Virus record (IMG/VR): IMGVR_UViG_3300045971_000163
Span: 40,140 to 104,139 of that record
Length of the DNA stretch: 64,000 bases
Origin: a virus
Direction: 5' to 3' (one strand)
Positions 32,501-39,392 of this stretch are shown here, in pieces. The notes under the pieces were generated by a model, which was not told the DNA's origin, ran no database searches, and worked only from the letters and a program-made list of their open reading frames with translations. Each line of letters begins with the position of its first letter. The first letter of the stretch is position 1. A program made the translations under genes and the position numbers.

Positions 32501-35500
32501 ACTTTGTCTCCAGCAGCGATAGTAGACAATATTTTCACTGCTAACCGTACACCGTACGAAACGATCATATAGTCAGTGGTGGTGATAAGTTTATTGTTTA
32601 CATACACCTTAATATTTGGAGTACGTTTATTTTTCTTAGGCAATATGTCTATTTCAAAGAATGATGTTTTACCATCGCAAATATGCGAAATATTTTGATA
32701 CTGCTTTGTTTGCTCTACATTTTTCTCCCACAAGTTGCGTAACGCAAATGTGTCAATGTCAGTAATTTTACCAACAAACATATTTCCTATTAGGTGAGGT
32801 GTTTTCACCTTGTTCAATATGGTCGTAAACTCTTCTGTGTCAAAGTTATTTTGGAACACGATATCGCCAATGTTTGAAAAGTTGCGATACGATAAAGGGA
32901 ATTTCAATACTGTGTCTGTGTGGCCGTTACCAGTTTTATACGAGAATATTTTGCTGCCAGTGAACGTTGTACCAGGGTAGAATGCTACGTCTGATGCACT
33001 GTGTTTGTTCTCATCTAAGATGTCAAACAGTGGTGGTACGTTAATTGTTGTCTTTTGCTGAGCTGCTACCCATTCAGTTCCGTTAAACCAAAATGTAGTA
33101 CCTGTTACTAAGCCAACGTTATCAGCTAATACACCAGTTAGCACAATGCCCGCTGACGCCATTTTTGCTGGTAACTTAGAAAAATCTATTTGCCTAGCAT
33201 CTTTGTTAAACAACTGAGCTTTTGTTGCTCCACTAAGTGGAACAAGAGGAACCAACACACTACTTTTCGCAGTAACTGACTGATTTGTGACGATTGGCTC
33301 GTTAACTAGATCCGTTAAGTGCGCTTTTTTAACTGCGTTTATATCAATTGCGTCAATACTAAACACTTTATCTTTCACCGTGACATCGGAATCATTTGCA
33401 AAAATAATCTGGGCATTGCGTGAAATCCCCGCTGATTCCCAAAAAGTTTTATACTTGCTCGTTTGCACTAGCTGTATACTAGATCCAACACCAGTAACAT
33501 AATAATTTTTGCCCCTGTACTCTGCCTGAACTATTTTCTGTCCGAAAATAATAAGTAAACCATTTGCAAATTTAACGTTATTGGGACCAACATACTCTGT
33601 CTGTCCTAAAAAGTCGTTAACATTAAACGGATCAGTACTAGTACCTGGATCAATAACTAACCTGTTAACAATGGAACCCTCAACCTCGTTCATTGCGCTA
33701 ACTACTGTGAAGTCCAGCACATCAATATTAGAGTGGTAGTTAGTGCCGTAGTTAAACAGTTTTAAGTCTGCTTCAAACTCAATGATGGGACGTTTTGCCC
33801 TCATTGTATAATCCACGTTCGGCGTAGTATTATTGTATGTCGCTGTAGCTAGGATTACATCAGTATGGAACCAACGATTTGTTCTTGACCAAGCATTGCC
33901 GTCCACGCTAGCACGATTTATAGTAATGTAATCTGGCGTAAGTGGGCCATCTAAAATTTGATCATATTCACCATCGTCATACCCGTATAAATCAAACGGA
34001 ACCGTATCTACATTGGTGTCAAACTCAGGAGTAATAAGTGAGCTAACATCTACTAATCTAATGCTTGTGCCAACCCCCTCAACGTAGTAATCTTTTCCAC
34101 GATACTCTTCTTGAACTACGTTCCTGCCAAAGTTTATTTTTAGCCCATTGGTAAACGTTACCTTGTTGGGGCTTATATATTGTTTTTTACCTAAAAAGTC
34201 AGTAACATCCAATGGGTTGTCTGGGTTAGTAACTAATTTTATACGCCCGAAGAATTGTTGATCTGTTCCATCGTTATACCACAACTCAGTCAATGTAGCC
34301 GTTATTAACGGCACTTCAGTGATTGTACGCTCATCACTGCGGTAAAATTCTTTTGCCGCGTTCAGTGAGCCTGCTTTAATATATACTTTGTTACGTACTG
34401 GAATAGGAGTTATAGGGTTAAGTCTCACAACTTTATCACCGTTGACCTCAATAATGGCGATTTCCCATACACCAAATCTAGCATCACCAGTAATAATTCT
34501 ACCAGCAGAATAAGGTATTCTGTTAGTAATAACAGACGGCACAAGAGGAGTACCGTCAGTCATTGACCCGTCCTCGCCCCAGTTTCCATTGGCGTAAATA
34601 CCTGGTTCTTTCCAAGCATCATCAGTCATATCGTTGTTGATGAAAATCAACTTCCTACCAGCAACAATATCAGTAGCACCATCTATGCCGCCATTTTTAA
34701 TAACGGTTGAAAGCAGTTGATTGCTAAGTTGCGAAAATGCAGTGGTTGATGCGTAGTCTACATCTGTTGCTGCGTATGGCATTTCAGTGTAGAATGCTTG
34801 CGCGGTGATAGGCGGCACCGTAAAGGTTATAGTACCAGCGTCAGTGCCGTTTTCAGAAACACCCATAACATTACGTGTGTTAATGTTGGCTTGATTTTTA
34901 CGGAAACCTGACACGCCTGGATCTGTTTGAATCCAAAACTTGAATCCCGGCTGATTCACGATGAAAGTGTATGTGCCGCCTCGTGCTAGCACAATGTCAG
35001 GATTTTCAGAATTTTTCGCGTTGCTAAACTTGTATGAGTTCGTTGATGTATCACGTGTTACTGTAAACGTACTGTCTGTGTCAACCAAACCTGTAAATAC
35101 CTCAACTGCATCTGGACCGTGTGGCATCCAGTAATACTGATTAAAGTTAACCAGCTTATCAAAATCCACCAACCCATTAAACGAGTATGCTTCGTTCGCA
35201 AACAAGCGAGAGTGATTCGCAGCAGATCCACCGTAATATTCAATCTGTTGCAGTAAGTCTGTATAGCTACCAAAAAAGTTAATATTGTTGTCAGAGTCTG
35301 TAGAAACTACACTTGGCTCAAACTGATAGTTTTGGCGAGAAGTGCTTGGCTCAGGGAGATAGTTGTCTGTTGAGTGATATGTTGGTGCAAATTTACGGCC
35401 AATATATCCGTTAAGCTTCTTAAAATTTGGCTCTGCTATTAACTGATCAACAGTAGCATTTAAAAACTTTCTGTTGGCAGGAGTTTTAAAAACTTCTGGC

Positions 35501-35526
35501 AGAAAATTAATAGTTTTAGTAGACAT
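23557..35526 (-). CDS. Giant (3989 aa) virion structural protein, probably baseplate wedge (gp7-like position)
   Basis: Follows the gp6-like gene. Contains FG-GAP-like propeller repeats (NFGxxxA) and GxGYT/GGGGSGA repeats. Late-promoter-like GGTAAATA upstream. Confidence 0.7.
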   Translation of the reverse strand: MSTKTINFLPEVFKTPANRKFLNATVDQLIAEPNFKKLNGYIGRKFAPTYHSTDNYLPEPSTSRQNYQFEPSVVSTDSDNNINFFGSYTDLLQQIEYYGGSAANHSRLFANEAYSFNGLVDFDKLVNFNQYYWMPHGPDAVEVFTGLVDTDSTFTVTRDTSTNSYKFSNAKNSENPDIVLARGGTYTFIVNQPGFKFWIQTDPGVSGFRKNQANINTRNVMGVSENGTDAGTITFTVPPITAQAFYTEMPYAATDVDYASTTAFSQLSNQLLSTVIKNGGIDGATDIVAGRKLIFINNDMTDDAWKEPGIYANGNWGEDGSMTDGTPLVPSVITNRIPYSAGRIITGDARFGVWEIAIIEVNGDKVVRLNPITPIPVRNKVYIKAGSLNAAKEFYRSDERTITEVPLITATLTELWYNDGTDQQFFGRIKLVTNPDNPLDVTDFLGKKQYISPNKVTFTNGLKINFGRNVVQEEYRGKDYYVEGVGTSIRLVDVSSLITPEFDTNVDTVPFDLYGYDDGEYDQILDGPLTPDYITINRASVDGNAWSRTNRWFHTDVILATATYNNTTPNVDYTMRAKRPIIEFEADLKLFNYGTNYHSNIDVLDFTVVSAMNEVEGSIVNRLVIDPGTSTDPFNVNDFLGQTEYVGPNNVKFANGLLIIFGQKIVQAEYRGKNYYVTGVGSSIQLVQTSKYKTFWESAGISRNAQIIFANDSDVTVKDKVFSIDAIDINAVKKAHLTDLVNEPIVTNQSVTAKSSVLVPLVPLSGATKAQLFNKDARQIDFSKLPAKMASAGIVLTGVLADNVGLVTGTTFWFNGTEWVAAQQKTTINVPPLFDILDENKHSASDVAFYPGTTFTGSKIFSYKTGNGHTDTVLKFPLSYRNFSNIGDIVFQNNFDTEEFTTILNKVKTPHLIGNMFVGKITDIDTFALRNLWEKNVEQTKQYQNISHICDGKTSFFEIDILPKKNKRTPNIKVYVNNKLITTTDYMIVSYGVRLAVKILSTIAAGDKVDIFLHSESVSALGYYEVPPSLEFNALNAKFDNLSLGQISSHVTALAENSLSITGNVPGNSNLRDIFVKDIGGKILQHSAPAAYSSVFLLNSNTNFIDSITLAQNEYVKFKNRFLESYAMVVDAGVTDPATGVDMIMKSLNAVKNRQMPWYYSDMVPYDANRSMITDIVLNEEIAEYEIDSIFNDIDLGSKAVLVYVNGVQLVKGQDYIFNQTRPAVKFLHKLSYDDVITITTFNNTDGCYVPETPTKLGLYPKFVPEVFLDNTYTTPINAIRGHDGSITPAFGDIRDNLLMELELRIYNNIKAVYDHHTFDINSVVPGRFRNTNYAKSDFDNIVSRNFLRWLGNNKVDYSSNQWYTSGNPFSWTYNAFTDTVNGSALPGYWRGIFNYFYDTDAPHARPWECLGFGMKPTWWENYYGPAPYTGGNLVLWGDLELGLIREGTRAGIDVNYARPGLSKIIPVTENGELRAPYEFLVSNFDGGKTDLAFAIGDGGPVESAWRKSSNYPFAVQQALALMRPGVYFGQLSSVHDYYRNSLIDQFTSSVSNRRLTKLDFKINGKLVGKEVTRNAGYLNWVVDYITSNGLTPDSILTPLLENLDVKLAYKMAGFSDKTFLRVLAEQSSPSSTNSSIMVPDENYAVYLHKSSPVERLSYSAVIIEKTAAGFSVSGYDIANPYFTIIPSEVTSNNYTINIFNSSATIYSDYQRVKLDIPYGTEFKNKQQVVDFLVSYGRYLESQGFIFDEFNRELGEAMDWPLSAKEFLTWSQQGWAIGNIVVLSPVKDKIKVIYANAVADQINNLPLGSKILDTNFNLIPTTEFNVVREGQTFEIGSAVGNTVGFADIDMVQFEHVLVFDNKTAFNDVIYSPELGNRQFRLKVIGNKTGAWDGQLTPPGFIYYGAAYKNWSSGSDYRKGEIVKYKNIIYTAIDNIDAATAFNFGQWAVAVNQSIKPSLLPNLSYNASKFIDMYDVDSNVVNEKIQSHSSNLIGYQERSYLTDLGINSTSQTKFYQGYIRDKGTTDAITALTSATFNNLMGDVQVNEEWAFRVGEYGATGTDKFVEVQLSDSKYKNIPLTVEFTEPGAVASTIAAVAENKNTLYKKSREFTPTLFNNRSVTSLYDGDLLTAGYVNLNDIDATVFDLQHSSALDALLPRLYAGFKIWVAKDLKSDWNVFRVSQAAAMLTNVDYNLDTTARFSTDGPHHLAVNDIFTVKNFMDSVDGFYKVTQVEDANTIVAAISTTLEKSMLTVPSLEGTGTMFTLYSLRVNEIVDIVTKTPPVFDWLDTDMLWVDNTIDAKWGVYKKSSLWDFSANLTEFTEVANGNFGATVSTFNGSVVIVTSPGNTSNSLTMYVKSATGEYLKSSSITHLLKYRDNGVGGIEEYNNNYIVGKTAAMNTKSYVVSAQNAHTDPLDLSTKLLHYSLENLQQASIEPDEIVLPNDSYGHSIAISKDDMWFFVSSPTEGTVLCFAKFIMTFDNSTTTFTKTILSDPILVDTLVLPGINFGDSIATNSDGSLLVISATTAPSNAIVNAGKVFVYKRAEPVPGTFTFTTVTDVIESLVPQANEKFGQTVMFTANNELLIGSPFQITDDNHAGVVYRLVNDGTGNFNIVQVIKKPFSESLEYFGVAFAEDTATGAIAISSSGATNFGPMQIDNTDFLLDSGTTMFSDSIPNAGAVYVYEPLRSATETVYSFTQSLSSSVISMGDNFGAALAAANGGIFVGSPTNDHTALDVGGVAYFTNKNKTPGWALFRSESPTVDLESIDGLMVYSKKTQQIIDTLDYIDPAKGKILGIAEQDITYKTSYDPAQYNTTHVADTTLDQTFVWGEEKVGQVWWDLSKVRYIDYEQDGLDYRIRHWGQMFPGSEIVVCEWVKSTVPPASYTGPGVPVYSSNTAYTEKLAVNNVTGVIQSTYYFWVTGKDTLDAATNTRRASIVRIASLINSPATEGIAYAEVIKDNAVALVNIDSLLSADDTILRVNYSNIKNSILSHNEYELVKENSTFAKIPDKIVAKLIDSLAGTDMMGNLVPDNKLTPAERYGVAIRPKQTMIVNRQKALRVFAGYVNSVLKKQPAASEFNLDTLYLVENIPTEYMYIAEVNTIEELSYLNPHALPVDGKVLVKSDNGYNNQWAIYIVQADFTYTIFRTQSYATTDYWEFDDWYDSAFDFTVKPTYTVPTFKDISKLTKLAYSNVVFVKDNGKGKFAFYRIEADLTHTLVGLQDGTIQISNSFWAHESSDIGFDNANFDEVRFDLNPTIEIRNIFNAVKNDLFTGALEGEFNNLFFIMLNYILSEQRMVDWAFKTSFISVLHKLRKLEQFPSYIRDNQTFYEEYIKEVKPYRTKIREYIVEYEAATTANVTPTDFDLPAYFDTDLNVWRSPSGEHARDDLLLASDTKYADWKANYTYSIESVKMSSQGYGYSLPPTVLAVGGGGSGAVLEAVIDFYTGAIVKINVINPGSGYTSTPELQILGDGIDAAGEQTAKGYVMMRNNTIRSFDSTLTFDRISYVPDTIDAANSYSNAANRVDQFYNPVPGMPPKDYARLFTGGGYTADQVVGATFLDTDEEKTIIESFFNVPDADGSIELGNSYFIDKYNSHAPEEYVPGLMLDTLDMQVFTLPADMSTTQVIGYRIVKPMKYVANYATTLAADLLPADLTIQLTDVSMFSDPTFSHFDASVPPQPVYKTYDQVNPLPVFIEGEKFLFYGVDYVANTLTLRSRDINTVIHPMARTTEVSPGNFTTVMTEVFTSAPDWEFKRISAASTTTLVAPLYSQDSWIVTFDTGSKVVRALNEADALLFARKQTGNTSALVSVVKAPGQIAVADTSGLPTPNPSLLRPGVVYINGERIVYYGIDRSNNLLLNLRRGTNGTGVAAVHDIGSRVVDASEYQTIPGDTAVPQRTWLNDSVPNADNVIAVPYATTDRIVDGVGLFDSGTIQARFLHAGRSFLPSAPGDLGGRIDPNANNTRFDDDGFGEYGTPVHPYDIDPFDSYIIG

Positions 35527-35561
35527 TCATTAATCCTAATTTATACAGCGTATCTGTATAT

Positions 35562-38500
35562 TTACCCTACGATATTCACGTTTAATTCAGCCGCTGTAAC
35601 TGCGCTAATAACTTCTACGTTATCAACTGTTGCTGCGCTGGTTAAAATCTCATTTGCTTCTGCATTAATCTGATACAAGTTACCAAACATTGACGCTGGG
35701 TCAGCTGGCACAATAATAATAGACGATACGTTAGGTGTCAACGCAGTATGTAAATATGCGCTTAACTCACTAAAGTAAAAGCTTTCGCCAAAATCCCAGT
35801 TGTCTACGTCAAAATACGTGTTAAGTGCGCTAATCACGCTCGTCTTAATATCGTTGTCGCTAACGATCACTGCTTGGTTTTTTACTACTTTAAATATTGC
35901 TTGCAACGGCAAGTCTGCTTTAGCACCAAATAGAGGCTTAAACTTTGCGCTATTATAGATTAGCGAGTCGCTAACGGCCTTGATGTTTTCTAACGAGCTG
36001 TAGTTTAATTTTAACTCTTCCGTAGTTGGGGGTGTTGGCTCTGCCAGCGTATTAGTTGTATCTCGCATCCATTGTGTGTACGATGTGCTGTACGCTGATG
36101 TAAGCATAAACATATCAATCAAGTTATTAGGACTTGGATCAATTCTACGATAGTCTGGACTATTGTGCCTATATTGGAATAGTAATTTGCTACGGCCTAC
36201 ATTTGCCACATAACTAGTTTTGTTTGCCACAATGCTAGATCCAATAAGTTCATAAAATATACCCGCTTTTCCAGTGTTAGTGTCAACTTCATCTTTAGCA
36301 TAAAAAATCTGCCCGTTAATGTCAACACCAGTACGAGTATTGATGTCCGCTAAGTAGTGATAATGTGTAATTACCTTTTCCTTAGGCACAGGGGTATACC
36401 ATAAAAAGCTATCCTCAGTAAATGTTTTCTTGAAAAATACAAATTTGTCCTCGGCGAATGATGCTGGTGCCACTACAGATTCAAACAATGTTGGGTCATC
36501 TGGTATTCCGTCTACATTGGTATCAGTAAACGAAAGGTGGATCTTATTTTGATTTACAAATCCGTCATCTTCTACAACGTTTTCATAAATTTTCCAATTG
36601 TAATCCATCCCTAACGGAGCACCAGTGACTGGGTGTGGGTTAACCCTTAGGATTTTGATTAGATCAGGAATAGTGGTTCCAGTTTTGCTGTCATATACCC
36701 TTACTTTCTCATCAAAGTAAAATTTTGTTTCAGCTAAACTTTCAAATACGTAATCTGTTTTTCTCCAATATATCGTATACTCAAATCCAATATTATGCTT
36801 GAAATATATTAACCAACGATCGTCAACTCCTGAACCTAAATAGCTATTTGAGAAGTTACCTGCAGCGGGGTTAACTGGTAATTCCGCTGCGTTAATAATT
36901 TCCCATGTTTCTGAATTTTGGTCGTAGCGCATACCAAAATTAACGCGACTTATTGCTTTTGCTGTTACATCAGCTAGTGTAGTAGGAAGCATTGTATTTT
37001 TAAACACAGATCGTACATTCATTGCTATTGATCCGTTTGGCACTACTTGGTTTAATTTAATTGTGCCAATACCGTTAGAAAGAACCCCTAATCCTCCGTT
37101 AGTTCCATCGCCGACAACGGTTACTACTGAGGCAAACAAAAATAATTTATCGCCGTCATTTTTTGGCAATCCAGATGCGATTCTATTTTGGGCATTAAAA
37201 AACTTACCTACACCAGCACTAAACTGAATTATTGCACCAGCTTTAATATGCTTTGTGCTTGCACTCGTGATGCTACCAACTTGATGTATATGGTTAGCTG
37301 AGTCAATAAAATACCCAGTGCTTGCATTACTATCTCGTGTACTAAAAACCCATTTAACGTCGTTCAAAGTAGCTGGTATAAAGTTAGTAACATCGTAGTA
37401 GAAATGTTTCATTTCAACAGAATTAGTGATACTTAAAAGTTCTTGATTGATTACTTGTGACACTGTTGGCAGCGATGAAAATTTTATCTTCCTTGATGGA
37501 ACGCTCGTGTCTTTGTACAGTATTCCGTCTTGACCAAATATGTTCGTGCTGGAATATTTGCCACTTACGTCAATGACATCTAAGTAACGGCTAACTCCGG
37601 AACTAGACCTGTTGACTGCTTTGACTTTTAATAAGTCAGTGAATGTTGTGTATGGTAAGATGTTGTAATCTTCACCCGTAATCATACGCCCTTGTGTATA
37701 GTATTGCTGTGGCGCTTTACTTTTAATATCTGTAATAGACTCTGCGGCAACGCCGTTCGTCACTGTATATTTTAAGCTTGCTGCTATAGTCAATGTTTCA
37801 GTAGTACCTGAACGTGAAATATAGTTAATAGACACTGAAACATTTTGTAGCTCATCTGGTGTAATCTTGTATGTTTGCCCGTTTGACGTTCTAAAGTATA
37901 GGCGATAGTTTCCTTGCGGAATGTTTGAAAAAGATCCGTCGCCAAATACTAGATCGATTTGGTCGCCCTCACCCGTGTTAACTTGATACAAGTTGCGCTC
38001 TGTCTTCTTGTTATAGATTACGTTAATGCCAGCGATTGTAGGCACGTTGATCCATTTTGTTTTGTCAACGCCAGAGCTGTTAACATCATACAACCATACG
38101 TCTGTACTGTTGATGTTGTTATACCCAACGTTAAGCACACGGTTAGCCAATGCTTCTGCTACGTTAAACTCAACCTTCTGCATCGTCCCTTGCTTGAAAT
38201 GCAAGAAAAAGCCTGTGTTATTACTGCCGTTGCCTTGGTTATCGTTGCGATACAGAACGTTAAACTTGCTGCGTGGGGAAGGCTCTACTTCGTACAAGTA
38301 AGGTTGTCCTGCGCTCGTAACGCTTACTGCCTCAAATTGTGTCGTTGTTCCGCCCACTGTATTGGAGAATGGGTATACAGGCACAACGTTTGAAAGTATA
38401 TTGATTGCGTATTCGTCGTTTTTAATGCCGTTAATCGTTTGTGTGTTGCCAGGATTGCCAATGATTTGGCTATTGATTAAAGTAGCATTTAGCACTATAG

Positions 38501-38966
38501 AAAATTGTTCGTGCCAGTTATTGTTAGATATGTCGTTCCAGCTTATGTTTAAGTTTGCTAGGTTTATACCGTTAGAATCATATACAGATTCAGTGGTAGC
38601 AACAGAGTTGATTTTCAATAGCCCGTTTGCTGCGGTGTTACGCTTAGGGTTGTAGTTAATAAGTTTTGCTAGCTTGAGTATGCTATCGCGGCGTTCAGCA
38701 GTATCTAAGAAGTTTTCACGAGCATTTAGCTCTGTACGGAATGCTAAACTTTGTCCAAGGAACGCAATCAAGTCAATCAGCGCAATGTATTCGCTTGATT
38801 CAATGAAATCGTTAAAGTCCTCGGGATAATATAGCTTCAGATAGTCAATCATCGACTTCCGAAGCGTTTCAAAGTCATAAGACTGAAAATCAGCTTCACG
38901 GAACGTCTGATAGATTTTTTTCCAATCTTCAACTACTAGTAAACTATTTTGGCGATTTGATGACAT
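35562..38966 (-). CDS. gp6: Baseplate wedge subunit (gp6-like)
   Basis: DFETLRKSMIDYL...NDF.ESS, ENFLDTAERRDS, FGDG and ESITDIK..AP..Y.TQGRMIT.EDY. Confidence 0.8.
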   Translation of the reverse strand: MSSNRQNSLLVVEDWKKIYQTFREADFQSYDFETLRKSMIDYLKLYYPEDFNDFIESSEYIALIDLIAFLGQSLAFRTELNARENFLDTAERRDSILKLAKLINYNPKRNTAANGLLKINSVATTESVYDSNGINLANLNISWNDISNNNWHEQFSIVLNATLINSQIIGNPGNTQTINGIKNDEYAINILSNVVPVYPFSNTVGGTTTQFEAVSVTSAGQPYLYEVEPSPRSKFNVLYRNDNQGNGSNNTGFFLHFKQGTMQKVEFNVAEALANRVLNVGYNNINSTDVWLYDVNSSGVDKTKWINVPTIAGINVIYNKKTERNLYQVNTGEGDQIDLVFGDGSFSNIPQGNYRLYFRTSNGQTYKITPDELQNVSVSINYISRSGTTETLTIAASLKYTVTNGVAAESITDIKSKAPQQYYTQGRMITGEDYNILPYTTFTDLLKVKAVNRSSSGVSRYLDVIDVSGKYSSTNIFGQDGILYKDTSVPSRKIKFSSLPTVSQVINQELLSITNSVEMKHFYYDVTNFIPATLNDVKWVFSTRDSNASTGYFIDSANHIHQVGSITSASTKHIKAGAIIQFSAGVGKFFNAQNRIASGLPKNDGDKLFLFASVVTVVGDGTNGGLGVLSNGIGTIKLNQVVPNGSIAMNVRSVFKNTMLPTTLADVTAKAISRVNFGMRYDQNSETWEIINAAELPVNPAAGNFSNSYLGSGVDDRWLIYFKHNIGFEYTIYWRKTDYVFESLAETKFYFDEKVRVYDSKTGTTIPDLIKILRVNPHPVTGAPLGMDYNWKIYENVVEDDGFVNQNKIHLSFTDTNVDGIPDDPTLFESVVAPASFAEDKFVFFKKTFTEDSFLWYTPVPKEKVITHYHYLADINTRTGVDINGQIFYAKDEVDTNTGKAGIFYELIGSSIVANKTSYVANVGRSKLLFQYRHNSPDYRRIDPSPNNLIDMFMLTSAYSTSYTQWMRDTTNTLAEPTPPTTEELKLNYSSLENIKAVSDSLIYNSAKFKPLFGAKADLPLQAIFKVVKNQAVIVSDNDIKTSVISALNTYFDVDNWDFGESFYFSELSAYLHTALTPNVSSIIIVPADPASMFGNLYQINAEANEILTSAATVDNVEVISAVTAAELNVNIVG

Positions 38967-39014
38967 AAAATTTTGCTCATTTTATGTATTTATCTAGTTT
39001 AAAAAGTGCTATGT

Positions 39015-39377
39015 TTATTTTACTGCGTCACGTTCAAAATTTAGCAGCATTTGAGCTGTTTGATTGGTTTCTGAGAATGTTAAATCTAATGCTATTTGTA
39101 TGCCGTATTCATACTCAATAATCGTAATTTCGTTTATGATTAGTCGTGGATCATATGCTGCAATACGCTGCAAATCCTCAGCTATAGCTTTCTTTACCTC
39201 TGGTGTTAACTGCTCAAATAGTAAACCCCAAATAATAGTGCCAAAATTTGGGTTCATTAGCTTTTCACCCTTGCGAATATGTAGGTGATTGATCAAGTCT
39301 TGCTTTGCAAGGTCAAAATCAGTCAACCTATATTTTTTAGAGTTGCCAACGGTAGAAAAGCCTTTGTATATAGTCAT
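39015..39377 (-). CDS. gp25: Baseplate wedge subunit (gp25-like)
   Basis: RKGEKLMNPNFGTIIWGLLFE...YDPR. Confidence 0.9.
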   Translation of the reverse strand: MTIYKGFSTVGNSKKYRLTDFDLAKQDLINHLHIRKGEKLMNPNFGTIIWGLLFEQLTPEVKKAIAEDLQRIAAYDPRLIINEITIIEYEYGIQIALDLTFSETNQTAQMLLNFERDAVK

Positions 39378-39392
39378 AGCGTATTTATGCTG

